Shown: one piece after another, positions 25,001 through 38,289 of the stretch | Layout of the letters: each line of letters opens with the position of its first letter | Numbering within the stretch: position 1 is the first letter of the stretch | Assembly (NCBI GenBank): GCA_011109175.1 | Contig: RDEW01000002.1 | Location: 686,676 to 750,675 of the forward strand | Length of the DNA stretch: 64,000 nt | Direction: 5' to 3' | Source: Dicyema japonicum | Taxonomy: Eukaryota > Animalia > Dicyemida | The notes under the pieces: model-generated | Seen by the model: only the letters and a program-made list of their open reading frames with translations | Databases searched by the model: none | What the model was told of the DNA's origin: nothing | Translations under genes and position numbers: made by a program

Positions 25001-27099
25001 TCTGAGTCTGTAGGTATTTGGTTGACTCCATCAGACCAGAGGAAGATGTCTCTATGGAAGATCATGTAGTTACCTGCTCATAATTTTCATAATATCGATC
25101 ATAGCTGCTTATGTTTACAGCACACTGATTAATGGAAGCAACATTTCATTTATGAATGAGGATTCCCGTGTTTATTATGTTTTTCTTAAAGGCGGAGATC
25201 AATCTGTCAAAGTACCTAGAATCTACTTTTGATTATCCTCATTCAACAGTTAACTCGTTATACTCCTTGGATACATCCGCGGGGGAAGATCCTTGTTAGA
25301 ATGTGATTGTTAATTTGAGAGAGCTTTCAAAGCACTGTTATTTTGTTAGGAATTAATGTTAGGGTATCATTAATTATAAAATAGCTCAGTGTATGTTATC
25401 AACTTTAGTTAAGAGGTTCAAACTGGACCAATTAAGTTTAAGGGTTCACAAGTTGTCGGAAATAGTCTTAGAAGAGTCCCTCTTGAAATGGGATTCTTTC
25501 CTTTCTCATATGAAAAAATGGATCTCATCCTCGAGGCAAAGAATGGACGTTGTATCTAACATAGCGGCAAAAACTTCATCTCATTTCCTACTAAAGATTC
25601 CTTTACTGGATTTGGTTGGCTTTGAAGCGACGTCAAGTCACAGCGAGTCAATGAACATACTTTGTCGTTAAGACAAAGCTAGGTGAAATAAAAATCTAAT
25701 ATTCGCCTTTTATAGAAAACTTTATCCTCCCAGTCATTGAATACGGTTGATGTTGTTTTGAGCCTACAAAACACTAGAAATGGCCGTCCCTTTTCTTATT
25801 TTTCTATCTCGCCGTAATCTTTTCAAGGTGAGAATATTTCCCAGTATATCATCGACGGTGGAAAAAACTTTAACGTTGAATTGTATGTTAGAACACGTGT
25901 CATCACTGAAGGACTCCGGTATTCTCTGGGGTGTCACAAGTCACGTGATTTTTTTAATTCATTAGGTTCTTAACATGCTAAGTAAGTTTCGACATTATCA
26001 CATTTGCAGAGACTCCACTTTCCTATTGGGAGAGATGGTAAACTGGCTCGACCACAACAACTACATAACAGAAAATGGGATATCTATGTACCAAGAGACT
26101 AAACAAGAAATAACCGTTGGGTTGGTGAAGAACCTGGCTGTAATAGTTTACATTTTTTGTGGATCCCGGCCCTATCCAATTTAGAGTTCATGGAGGAGTG
26201 GGAATAAGGTAATTGAAAAGTTTTTGCTTTCACCAACTTAAATAAATTGTCTAATTACTTGAAAGTAATAGCTTCTCGACATATTCTAGGATTCCCCACC
26301 AGAAAAGTCCAAGACGGACAACGAACTATAGTATTCTTCACATCAAATTTAGGTAGCTCAACATAATTGTGCAACAAACCAATAGTACGGTTGAGAGCAC
26401 TCTCCTCGGATCCTTCAATATATTCACAATTATCGCATGAAACGGTGACATTGGCCAGCAAGTTAGAAAATGAGGCAAAAAAGAGTTAGAAAAATGATTA
26501 TCAAATATTATTAGATTATCAATATTATTAGAGAGCAGTCTTAGCTTAACTAACACTTTTAGGAAAAATACAACGGGATATTTCGCAGGCAAGTCAATTA
26601 GATATGAACTTTATAACAGGAATGCGGCATTTTATGCACTTTCTGTGCCAGTATGCAAATGCTTGATGAAATCATCCTCACTGTAGCAAAACAGACTGGT
26701 GCATTACTACAAGAAGTGAGTGAGAACCATAAACCTGAAAAGATCCGTCGCCTTGAATATCCGCTGGCCAATAAATTAGCTTCTTCAAAATCGGGTTTAT
26801 TCTATTAGCTGATCTGTTCACGTTAAGAATGAGTGCAATTCACTCCTAGTCAGTTACCCATTCTCAGTGACAAACTGAGAGACGCTTATCTCAGTAAGCA
26901 TGGAATTCCACAGTCACTGAACAATTGTATGGAAGTTAAAACCACTATTAGGGAGTTCTTCCAACTCAACAAGAAAGTCGTAGTCATAATCCTAGCAATT
27001 ACAAATAATAAAATATTTTTTTATAATTTGCACGTGAGTGGGAATTCTTTATTTTCCTAACCATATTTCACTTAGAATTCAATCATGTAAGCCAGAGCT

Positions 27100-27436
27100 T
27101 TTCAAAAAATAATTTCTCGCGGCACACTAATCGTAATAAATAATCCGCAGCACACATTAAAAAATAAAAAAATTAAATTTTTAAGATGTGTAAAACTAAG
27201 TACAAAAATTGGTAAAAAATTAATAAATAATGGTTAACCAATGTAAATGTCATTTAATGTATAATAAAAAAATAATTATTTTAATTTTAGTAATTATTTT
27301 AATTCGTTTATCTTTTTAAATTAATTAGGTCAAAAATGTATATAAAATTATTCAAATTTGTATTTGGCAGGCGGCACACTAGAAATTGTCTTGCGGCACA
27401 CTTAGTGTGCCACGGCACACCGTTTGACAACCTCTG
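27100..27436. mobile_element. hAT-type transposon end
   Basis: End GTTTGACAACCTCTG (reverse complement CAGAGGTTGTCAAAC) with clustered CGGCACAC subterminal repeats and palindrome GGCACACTTAGTGTGCC; no partner end found. Confidence 0.6.
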
Positions 27437-27439
27437 ATG

Positions 27440-27990
27440 TAAGCACAGTCACTGCCCAATCCTCACCAACTCTACGAGGTCACCTTTATTTAAATTAATC
27501 TTAATTTTTCTGTTGGAAGCTCGCCAAGCCATGAATGTCCATGCTAACCAAATCTCCGACCTGCATTGGGATCGGCGAGCCAGCCACTTCGACATTAAAC
27601 TTTGACCCTAAACCTGTGTACATAACGGAATACGTAGTTGATGTGTTACGTGAAGGTTTCCATGGGGTCAGAGCAGTCAAGTACCAGTAACGGACTGTCC
27701 CGTTGTTGTAACAGCTTAGAAAGACGACGAAGGTATTATCCACAGCCAATCCACAGACACAGTCGGTATGACCTAAACTGTTGGATAAGCCAACCTTAAA
27801 ATGTGCAAATCTAAAAATCATTTTGTCACATTTTCATGATTTTTTAGTTTAGATAGCCACCGCCCAGACTGCCTGTTTGTGCCCAGCAAATGTGAATTCC
27901 AGAAAGACAAGTAACATCATTCAAGTGACTTTGAATGGAGAAAATTGGCTCTTGGGAAATCAGCTTGAAGACACGGTATAGAGAAATTTT
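27440..27990 (-). pseudogene. Striatin-like WD40 gene remnant
   Basis: EPIFSIQSHLNDV, FTFAGHKQAVWAVAI*, GHTDCVCGLAV..LSCYNNGTVRYW, PIPMQVGDLVSMD..LASF parallel successive striatin WD repeats; frameshift and stops. Confidence 0.55.
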
Positions 27991-28283
27991 GTAAGATATT
28001 CATCAGTGGGTTGAATGAAGAAGATGGCAGATATGTATTTTGGGTGAACACAAGTGGAGTATATTTCGTCGTATTTTTTGTCTTTAAGAAAAAATCTTTT
28101 GGCGGTAAAGTCGCGAGAACTTGATGGAAAGAAACTGAAGAGTCGTCTCCAAGTTGTGTGATTTGATTGATTGAAAAATTTTGTTCATCACATATCACAG
28201 GTTTTACAATTATTTATTTTTAGTTAACTATTCTTTACTTAAATAAAGTGTATAGTGTATATTGCATTATAAAAACTCTTCCA

Positions 28284-28510
28284 GCGAAGAATGAAGCGAT
28301 GTCCGCGGCGGTAGGATGTTGATAAAAATGGAAGAGGGTGGACCTACTTGTCAACTTCTCTTCTGAAGCGGAACTCTGTATTTTACTATTGGAAGATTGA
28401 TTTGGTCGGCACAAGCAGATGTTCTCCTTGGGTTTCTTCTTGGATTAATTAGTTATGACTGTTTGTGTTGGGCTTACCAAAGATTGTAAGCCTCGGGGTA
28501 ATAATAATAG
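28284..28510 (+). repeat. Interspersed repeat family D
   Basis: Ends AAGCCTCGGGGTAATAATAA; homologous to 14265-14440 and 49790-50010. Confidence 0.75.
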
Positions 28511-28544
28511 ACGAATCCGATATATTTGTCTGTATTTTTCATTA

Positions 28545-28770
28545 TAATTAAAGGTGAAGTGATACGAGTGCCGGGAAAAGGCCTGATGACCAATAGTTAG
28601 AATCTCGCTGCTGTATATTCCGGCTGAAGATTCCACGCATCTACGATGTTTTGGTTTGATGAGTGACGCCTTCATCAGTGAACATCTCACTGCTGAACCG
28701 GAGAATCGGTTCGTCTATAAAAGGATTCACACCAAACAAAAAGAATTGAAGATCATTCATTGTATCTCCC
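28545..28770 (+). mobile_element. SINE family C, degenerate copy
   Basis: TTCCACGCATCTACGATG..TGATGAGTGACGCCTTCATCAGTG..GAAGATCATTC shared with 23820-24030. Confidence 0.65.
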
Positions 28771-30494
28771 TCATCGATTAGTAATGATAACTGTTCTTTA
28801 CTTAAAATAAAGTGTCTGTCTCGCCTGGGAGGAGTATAGTTAATATGCATCTTTGGTAAAGTGCAATATTTTAATTAAAGGTGAGTGTTTGAACGTATAT
28901 TGGAAACACGATGAGTGGGTTTTAATGAGTCAAAATATATTAAATAACAACACAATCAAGGAATTGACTTTCAAGCGACAGTCACGAAGACTCTATGAAG
29001 ATTCTTTATTTCGCAGTTGAGCCCAACGCTCTTGTGAGCCCTAATGTCATTCCCTAAAAAGAAATTTTTGCTAGAATTCGGTAGCTACATATACATGAAA
29101 GCAAAATTTTCTATGGCTGTATATAGTTTTCTAACATCATCGTCTTTAAAATATCCTTTTTAACATCAGTTGTCAAGATTTAAATCTGAATCAAGAAGTT
29201 TAAAATCATTATTTATTTTAGAAATTTTGGGAATAACGATAAATACATGGACTTTACTATTCCGTCGAATGGAGTATGGAAATAATACGAAACGGTAGGG
29301 CTTGCTAGTTTACTGTAGAGAGGGGTGGTGCCAACATCTATAAGTAGCAAGGTTTACCCTGATGTCCGTCTGAAGAAAGGATTTTGTTGGTCGATTGTAG
29401 AGGTGACCGTGTAGTATTTTATTATCATCGAATCATCGGATTGTTCTCAAAACAAAATCATGCAGATTGTTCCAAACGATTGATGACATTCAGAACTTAT
29501 GCGTCCAATGTGGTTGGAATAGGAAAGCTCAACTTTGTAAAAATTATGTTTATTATTATTAAAAGCACTTTCACAGAACCAAAGAACGTTATACTAACTA
29601 AGGTCCCGTTTGTGCCACACGTTTCAAAGTTTTTTTCACTAGGCGTCTCCATCGGCCTCTGCTGTGTGCATCTGTTCGTAGATCTTTTAGATCTTCCGCA
29701 AATTTAAGTTTCTTCCAATTCCATTAAGATCCTTGTTCTCCAATTTAAAAAATCCTTTAATTTATTTTTAGAACCTATGTTCGAGACTGTGAAAAACCAT
29801 TTTAAGAACCAGTAAAACATCAGAGATAAATATTTGTGAATTTTCCTTCTAGCGTCTCGGCTGAAAGGTCTTTGTATCTAATAACTCAGAAAAGCAACAA
29901 AACTAGATTTGAATATTTTGAAAGAATAGTGAACACATATCGACAGCTTGACAAATAAATAGGAACCGTCGCACTAAAAGCAGAGATATTTTAAATACTG
30001 AGTTCCACACATACTTGATATACACATCGTGTTCTGAGTATCTAGTACAATTTAGATTTCCTTTCATTAGAATTCTGGGATTAAATTAACAAGAACCGTT
30101 CCTCTCCCATCTAAAGATTTGCACTTGAATTTGTATATATTGTTTAATATTGCTTGAGTTTTCGAACTACCACCGCCGTGCATGTCTAATGCCTGAAGCC
30201 TTTCCTGAAAGTGGGGTTTGGTTCAACGTTATTATAAGCGGATTATTTCAGAAATATCGATTCGAGTAATATCTCACTACGACTGGGACTGAAGATTTTT
30301 GTGACACTTCATAGATGAGGTTAGTGGATTGACAATTTCGGACTTGTATGAGTATCCCATTTACAAATACCATTTGAATTTGAATATCACTCCATTATTT
30401 AACATAAGTCCTACTCACCAATGAAGAATAAGCAATTTTATATTTATGAAAGGTTTTAGAATCAATGCATGAGATAGTCCATCAAAAATATTTT

Positions 30495-30770
30495 ACTATT
30501 TATTTTCCCAGGATCACCGGGCTAAAAAGAGAGTCGTCAACTACTAAGTGATCCTAGTTTTGAGTGAGACGTATCCTTTCCAAACATCATGCCCATACGT
30601 ATCCGCCATTGTTGGAACCAATCTAGTGGAATAGAAAGAGCATGATCCTTTTTTGTATGCTGGCCAGGGAATATGGTACACATGAACAGACAGATCACAT
30701 GACTCCAGCTCAAGAAATTTTTTCCTGAAAACATAGATTTTTTATCCATCAAATAAATTAAAGAAAAATA
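30495..30770 (-). mobile_element. Divergent family A-related SINE
   Basis: Reverse complement GGAGTCATGTGATCTGTCTG..AAAAAAGGATCATGCTC and 3' end CCCGGTGATCCTGGGAAAATAAATA. Confidence 0.5.
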
Positions 30771-31714
30771 ACAATAAATAATATTTTTATTTTAAAATCA
30801 CGTGTAGTTTTAATGGACGTAGATATTTGAAAGACGATGAAATAGTCATAAATTATCATTCTTTGATTCCAGAATTTTTCGAAGTATTCCCTTATTTTTA
30901 TGGATGGGAGTTTATTACTGGTCTTCTAGGACTTTGGATTTTACTAAAATATCTAAGGGATCTGGGGTATTGTGTTTCTGTGTTATGAAGGGGTTTAGAA
31001 TATATCGCTAATGTATGTTTAGGGAGATAAGTGTATGATGATTGATGTTTATGGAGTTACTTGGACCTTGAATTCTAACGAATTTGTGAGGTTTGTGCAG
31101 AATAATCACAGGGAAAGGATCACGTAAATAGTGAATTTAGATGATCACAATTGTATCATGAAGATTTATTATTGCTCAACATGCATTGACTGTTTGGGTA
31201 TTATATGGATGAGATGACATCATGGAGGATTTTTCAATCAAGATAGAATTGGGAGCTTAAGTGAATGGCTGAATTACATTTATTCTTTGCCTGGAACATG
31301 ATAATGACGATTGAGGAAAACTGAATACGGAGGAACAACCTTGATGATTTAGGAGACATGCAGGAGAAACTAATAGAAAAGATACTATAATGTACAAGAG
31401 TAGCTCAAATATGCATACGAAGCGTTTTTAATTAACAAAATGTGTTATACATAACTCCTTGAAAAACTGCATTTTGTTATGGCGGTTCAGCGAAACAAAG
31501 GTTACATCTTTTTTACCACGAGTAGAATGTTTCCATTACTTCCACTCGAGTAGGACTCGCATATTGTTTTAACGATAATGCAGTTATGCGAATTAATCAC
31601 GGGAATGAGTCCAATACATTAATACTGCTCTTTTTTATCTGTTATCTGCTTATCAACAATTACTAGACACCTGTGCACGCTCCGCGTTAAGACATTAAAG
31701 CGAACATTATATGA

Positions 31715-32010
31715 TTGCGTGGCTAATTGGTTGAAGTTTTGTTTGTCTGAACGTCCTCTCTCTTCCTATTAGAGTGGCGTCATGTGATCCGACTGTCAAG
31801 GTGGAGCCCAGTGCCAAGGCGGCACGAAAAAGGATCATTTGCTCTCCCCCACTCTACTGGATGGGTTTCCAAAACTGCAAGTAATGGACGTCTTTTCCTT
31901 TTGTTGATTCCGGAATGACTCTGTTTTTGTAGAAGTGGAAACTAAATACACTTAATTAGTTCTTTACTTTAGCTTCTTTCACGGTGTATCCAAGGTTAAT
32001 TAAATAAATT
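31715..32010 (+). mobile_element. SINE family A copy 3 (5'-truncated)
   Basis: Aligns to 16935-17240. Confidence 0.85.
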
Positions 32011-32139
32011 ACATGAGTACGAGATTTATATATTTTTAGTCAAAGTTATGCAATAAATTTGAACATCTTGTGGAGTTTCGATTAGTGTTACGTTTGATTT
32101 AAGAGTTTGAATAAATCATCGTATTCAACAGCTAATGAA

Positions 32140-32750
32140 ACTCGCTACTTAGTACGAGTCGGCCTTCCTTAAACGTCCAGCAGCTATTGCTGGACGCTTT
32201 CACAAGTCTTCGAAGTTTACCGAAATTCCCTGACAGGAGTAGCTTCTTATAGAATCAATAATAATTGTTCGATGGTTGAAGCCTAGAGTCCGAATCATCT
32301 CTAAGAAGGAAGTGTCCAGAGCATATTTGTACTAGGGTCCTCCTTGTTTCTCTGACTAGATCAGTCTTAAGTCATCCACCAATTTTGGAGGGCCACACAG
32401 CAGATCTTTCGAAACCTGTCTTCGGATGGCTTTGATAGAGGATGTCTACGTATTGTCTTTGACTTGGTTTTATGGAGCTTCATTTTGGAAGGGCTCGCGT
32501 ATTTCAAGGTGATCCTGATGTATTGACTGTGGATTGTTCTGAGGGTTTCTTTCTCCTGGCCAAAGATGGATTCGACCACTGGATGGAGGGCGTTCGTAAA
32601 ATTCATTAAGGAAGGATTTTATAGTGAAAATCTCAAAGCTAGTTCGATCTCCTAATTGATTTTGAACGGCTTTCTCACAATTTAGAATAACATTTTGTGC
32701 GATATCTAGTTTCATTTGATTTTAAAGGAGATTGAGAATTTATCGATTCC
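32140..32750 (-). mobile_element. LINE ORF2 C-terminal fragment
   Basis: LVRETRRTLVQICSGH (T/LAQLRSGH-type motif); homologous to 45190-45520. Confidence 0.6.
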
Positions 32751-34897
32751 GAAAGGCTTGAGAAAAGGTAGTGATCTATTTTGGAGTTAAGTCTTTCTAA
32801 TTTTATTACGATTTCAACATTATGTCACTTTTGGGAGCGATGGGAGTCTTCAATAGAACCTTCCCGAATTCGCCTCTCCATGAAATTAGCTACAGGCTGA
32901 AAGCGAAAATGTCAATTTTTTCCAATCCCAGGTGGTTTTTATTACTTATATCGGTTCGAAGAACTCTTCTTCGATGTCTTTCCCGTTAATATCGAGTAAA
33001 CGTCTTCTCGGCGATTATTAGTGAATAAATACTAGTTTGATTGAATTTATAGTTCAAAAATATAATTTCCCACGAATTCCTAATGAGTACAAATTGATAT
33101 TGAAATAAGATGGAGTTCGTTAAACCAATTACTAGCAGGACAATTCACTTCGCTCAGAGTGGTTTCTACTGTGGATGGCATACGCTAGGGAGTTTTCTTT
33201 GCTCAAACCAACAATCAAACATTTGTTAACCCAAATACACCATAAGTTAATATTTAAAAACTATTAAATGTATCCGGTTCTTACGGTGTTAGAAGCAGTG
33301 AAGCTTTTCAAAATCACACACAAGTTTATCCAGACCCAACGGAAAGAACAAATTTAGTTCTTCAATTGTGTGGGATCTTCTCCAAACGAGTGGGGAAGTG
33401 TGAATAATTCCTATAGGTATTTAGTGCGAATATCCCTTCACTGGACTCTCAATTATCTTAATATTTTACATTTTTTGTAACTTTCGATCAGTTCTGAATA
33501 GCTGCGACGATTGCCACAAGAAATTAAAAACTGAAAATTTATCCCAAATCTGGACTATGATGAATCGAGAACGATTTTTGTATCTAACTGGTATAAAGGT
33601 CGTTAACAAAGTCGTTCGAGTCACCATTAGCTTTGAGTTCGGTTTCTACACTGTTACCAACATGGTCGAAAAATTCCTTTCTTCTCGATACCTTTATCGA
33701 ATCTAGAGAAGTCAGTGGATCCACCTATCTCCTTGCCCATTTCACTGGATGATTTCATACATTAACTAATATATGAACGTAATCGCTAGACATAACTGGG
33801 TATTACTTAATTAGATATTACTTATATCCAGGGAAATGGCCAAGAGTACAGTTTTTGTTATGTGGGATATAATAAAATGGAATGAAAAGATTACGTATTC
33901 ATAAAAACACATAAACATGCTGAGTGACTTGATTTGAAAAAGTTAGTTTTATAATCAAAGCATATTAAGATTTTAGGAAGATTGAAATCACGATATAAAA
34001 ACGTTAATAAGACGAATTTTCGAATATTTATTTTTGAAATAATCACAATTAGACTGTGAGCAAAGAAGAGAGATGTCAATATAAATTTTTAGAGAATTTC
34101 AATATAAATCATAAGAGGGACCCGCTTTCCTCAATCACGAGATTGTTGTTTAGCCTTCTCGTGGAAATGCACAAGGAGCTGCATGTTTCTGAAGATTCCG
34201 CATGTTCTACGTGGGAATGAGCAAGAAAGCCTTCGCTGTCATTACTGACTGGCATTGACAATTATACCTCTCTCCTTGCACAACAACTCTCTCGACTCAT
34301 AGTTTACCCTAAGCCCTTGTATCATCAAAGTCTAATTGAATTGATCTCTAACCTAATTTATTCACAAGATCTCTTATTAGGATCCCAAAACGGCTAGTAT
34401 TTCTGCCGTAGATTGTTTATCGACTTTTATTGAAAGGGCTGTCTCTTTCGACAACCTTGAAGACTGGATATGCCTAAGCTGTCTCCATGAAAACTTATCA
34501 TACCTCACAGAACTGGAAAAAGAAGTCACTCACATCGACCGTAAAAAATATCTTAACTTTTCTTCCAAGGACACAAATAATTATCGAAGGTACCAGCCGA
34601 TTACGACGCTAAAACTGTGAGTAGGTAGAATCCTCTCGGATATGAGGATTGTCTCAGATCAGAACTGTAACCTAGTTAGTCTCTATTCAAGAAATGTCGA
34701 CTCTGTTACTCACCAATATAATCGGGAGCGGAGTAAGACACTTTACGCTTCAGAGATAGCAGAAAGAGAGAATTTAAAAAGTCAAACTAAAAAATCTCCA
34801 TAAGATAATTTTGTTATAAAGCGGGCCACACTAACAAATTTAAAAAAAACACGGTAATCTAATTGAAATGTATTTAATAATTTGCAAGCCTAAAACT

Positions 34898-36380
34898 CTA
34901 ACACAAAAAATAAGAATTAGAATCGTTTATCACCAAAAATGTCATCAATTTTATCAAATAATTGGTCGACAAGTTCAGTCTGTTCGTCAGATCGACATGA
35001 TGACACAGTTTATCAAATATAAGATCCAAATCACCATTCCCCGCCAATAATTCCTTGTCTTCTGAAACTCCCATCGTTGGTTGTCTTTCCCGATTTCTCA
35101 GTTCCACTGACATAACGTCTAACTCACTAGTATGATCACTCGTAGCGTCCACTAAATAACCAAAAAATCCACACCAATTGGTTCATATCTCTGGTCGTTC
35201 ATGCTGGAGACATTCAATCTTTCAATTATATTATCCAATGAGTCTAATCTGTCTTCTTCTTCCCGGTCGACAACTCCCAACAGGTTGATAGTTTGTTTAT
35301 AGAAATGAGTACCGAAAATCTTAAGTTCCTTGTTTCCAATCTACATATAACTTCAACCCACCTTGTCGGATAAGTCCACCAGTCTTTTACTATGATAAAG
35401 CAACTGAAAGTAGTCTTCCCGGAAATTCAAGCATATGATTAGCCCAGCAGTTACATGTGCCAGTTCCTTTTCCTTTTTCGATATTTTTGATGAGTCGATA
35501 AACATTTTATAGAATTTTATAGCGTCTATATTTAGGCCCATTTGCCTAAATGAATCCCCATTCAAGCGATAAACCCTCCCCAAAATGTGGGGATTTTCCA
35601 TAGTAAGTACATTGATTCCTTTTACAGAATCAATGGCTTTACTAGGCATCCCCAAATTTTGGAGACAAATCCCGATGTCGATAGCAGCATTTGCCATCTC
35701 CACCTTATCCTCCAAAAATTGAGCCTCTTTGAGTCTCTTCAATAATCAAATAGACTAACCAGTGTTTGGAAGTGGTATGCCTTGTTGTAATCACCCCTTA
35801 AATAGTAGCATATCCCCATCAAATTAGAAGCTCGCCCCTTCTCAAGAACACCGAAAGGACTGTTGTAGTACTTACTAAAACTCAGATATAGATATACGAG
35901 AAATAGTCAATGGCACAATCAACGTGTTTCAATCTATTTTTCTTAGACTTTGAATTTTTTGCCAGTTTGTAGTGAATATAACCCAGCATATAGAATGAAC
36001 GACCCTGCACTTAACTGAGGACTATACTTTGCATTCAAATTCTTTCGAGGCAATCTTTAGGTATTGTTCGGCAACCGAATACTCCTGCATTTTCATAGGG
36101 ACTGTTCCAATGTTAAGACAGACATGTGCCTCTCCTTTACTATCTCTCTTTTTTCTATTATTAAAACATTTCCTGACTTTGTTTCGACGTGTTCTCTGTT
36201 AAAATATACTAACGCCTCATCACAATTTCCCATCAAAAGTTTGACCTCCCCCAACTGTCTGTAAACGTAGACTGCCATCTTTGGATCCACACTGTCCCTG
36301 ATTACGATCAATTTGTCAAACGCCTCTAGTTTGTTATTCTGAATGAGAGTTTGTGCTTCCAAAATAGCATGCATTGTCAT
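34898..36380 (-). CDS. GPSM1/2: Pins/LGN/AGS3 (GPSM1/2)-like TPR + GoLoco protein, 7-exon model, 449 aa
   Basis: Six introns (36148-36167, 36005-36027, 35875-35897, 35737-35759, 35341-35361, 35152-35174) give a 1350-nt open frame. TPRs VYRQLG, GEAHVCLNIG, GRSFYMLG, GRASNLMGICYYLRGDY..RLKEAQFLED; GoLoco IIERLNVSSMNDQR. Last exon boundary is less certain. Confidence 0.8.
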
Positions 36381-36499
36381 TGAACAATTATTATGATATA
36401 ATTATATTTGGCTCTATTTATTTTAATATTTAATTTATTATAAATAATTTTATTTATAAAATGCAGGAAAAAAATCCAGAATTAAGATTTTGATATTTT

Positions 36500-36820
36500 G
36501 ATATTGGCCGCATGTGCCATTGGTTGGCTACCTAATTGAATGATTTCTCTTCCTTCCCTCTGGTAGCGTCATTGAATCCACCTTACTCAGGAGATGCTCA
36601 ATGTCTGGCCTTCATTAAAAAGGATACATCTATCATTCCACCGGAGAGACAATTTCGCTCCCTAGCAACGAGTTCTGGAATCGACTTCAACTCCTCGGAC
36701 AATGCTCTCTTGATCATTGTGCTTGGGTGAGGATTCTGTTGGAACGCATCAGGATAAAGGAATTAGTTAGTTTGGTTTTACCCTTAGTCTTTTGAATAAT
36801 TTAAAATTTAATTTAAGATC
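36500..36820 (+). mobile_element. SINE-like family B copy 3
   Basis: Core AGCGTCATTGAATCCACCTTACTCAGGAGATGCTCAATG and family 3' end; lies just upstream of the GPSM start. Confidence 0.7.
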
Positions 36821-37059
36821 AACTGAGACTTTTAATAACATACCTGTCATCAAAGCTCTTCTTCCAGAGATTGGAAAAGCAATTTGTCAAACTTGAGATT
36901 TTCAGGATTGCAATCGTTCGCGGAAATACCATCTGTTTCTTAAGAGTCAGTGTGTAATTTGGTTTTTATAATAAAAATTTTGAACGAAAAAAAACTAATT
37001 AAGGATTACTAAGGTTTGGAGTAGCTAGAGGGTTGATAAATTGATCTTAAACTATGACT

Positions 37060-38230
37060 AGATTTATTACAGAGGAGTTCCCCATGGACGGCACTTTCTT
37101 CAAGTCAAAAAATGCAAAGTCTGTTGAAGGAGGTCGGGATCACGAAAAATCATTCGTGTGACTATTACACTATGATAATTACAGTTCAAAAAAGATCAAT
37201 TCATTAGTCAGTGGTTTCTTCAAGAAACGAAAATTATCTAATTTTTATGACGTAATTGTATGATTTTGTCACGTTATTGTTTTAATTATCTATTTTGTAC
37301 ATCTATTCTTTTCTTCTATTCAATTCTATTCTATTATATCCTATTCTATCAACTACATAATTTTTTATTATTAATAATAATCCAAAAATCGAAAATGTCC
37401 AAAAACGTGAGACGGAATTTCTGTTTTACACTGTCACTACCGTAGATTTGAACTTCAATGAAAAGCGACAGTCAACGCCTCTAATGCAGAGTTACCAATT
37501 AATGGACATAATTTCTGACGGTAATTTCTTTTATTCTCTCATGTTTGCTGCCAGAGCGTATAAATTGCTAATTATCAAGTAAAAACTTATTGTCTGATAT
37601 TACATCTCTTCATTCAGAGGAAATTCGCTCTTTTTTAAATATTACTTGACTAAGATCATTCAGTTTTATTTATATTATTGGTAATTCATTTAAAATTTTA
37701 TTGTGTAATACAATTTCATTGTGTATCCTTTTTGAATTGTATGTGGTATAAATTTTTATTTTAAACAATTGTGTGGTATTTATTCTTATTTTTTACTTCC
37801 AGGCAAGTCACTGAAAGAGGATTTGTTACAAAAACATCAGAAAATAGATGGTTTATCCGAAAATATGTATTTGCTTGAATTCTACAAAATCAAAATAATG
37901 CTATGAGCATGGATGGGATCTCGAAAATTAAACAATCTGTTTATCTGTTTAACTATAAAAGATATCACTTATGATTTTGGAAAAGCACATGAGGTTAAAA
38001 ACACTCACTTTCAAAGATTATTTAGAAGAAACGACTAGAAAATTTGACAAATTCAACAATTTTGATGAAAGGCCTTACATATCCAACAAATCCAATGATT
38101 TGGTGAAAATATTACAGATTTTCACAAACTATAAATGTTCAATGAAATGTCGATGACCCGTAACATCGAAAAAACATGCAACACAAAGCAACCTTATCTG
38201 AACATGGCTTGCGGGTATTAGTATTTTAGA
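37060..38230 (+). mobile_element. Possible Mutator-like transposase remnant
   Basis: FPMDGTFFK and a broken NNA..AW-like motif only; highly degenerate. Confidence 0.25.
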
Positions 38231-38289
38231 TCCTTTAATCTCTTCTAAGAGCATAACGGAGCAGTCTATTTTGAGGGTTGTGTGTAATT

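Noticed and set aside
20300-27060. Several short ORFs and micro-intron-like segments (e.g. 21250-21600, 23478-23696, 25393-26830)
   Set aside because: Probably decayed or divergent host genes, but I found no consistent splice model or recognisable family.
28583-28690. CTGATGA motifs as possible hammerhead ribozymes
   Set aside because: No stem II or GAAA in the right position; they are part of the SINE C body. No Penelope/GIY-YIG sequence was seen.
29384-29707. ILLVDCRG as a possible rhodanese/MKP domain
   Set aside because: Single short motif; the rest could not be modelled.
32173-32200. Perfect 9-bp hairpin CGTCCAGCA/TGCTGGACG resembling a terminator
   Set aside because: Eukaryotic context, lies within a LINE fragment, and is not conserved in the sister copy at 45190-45520.
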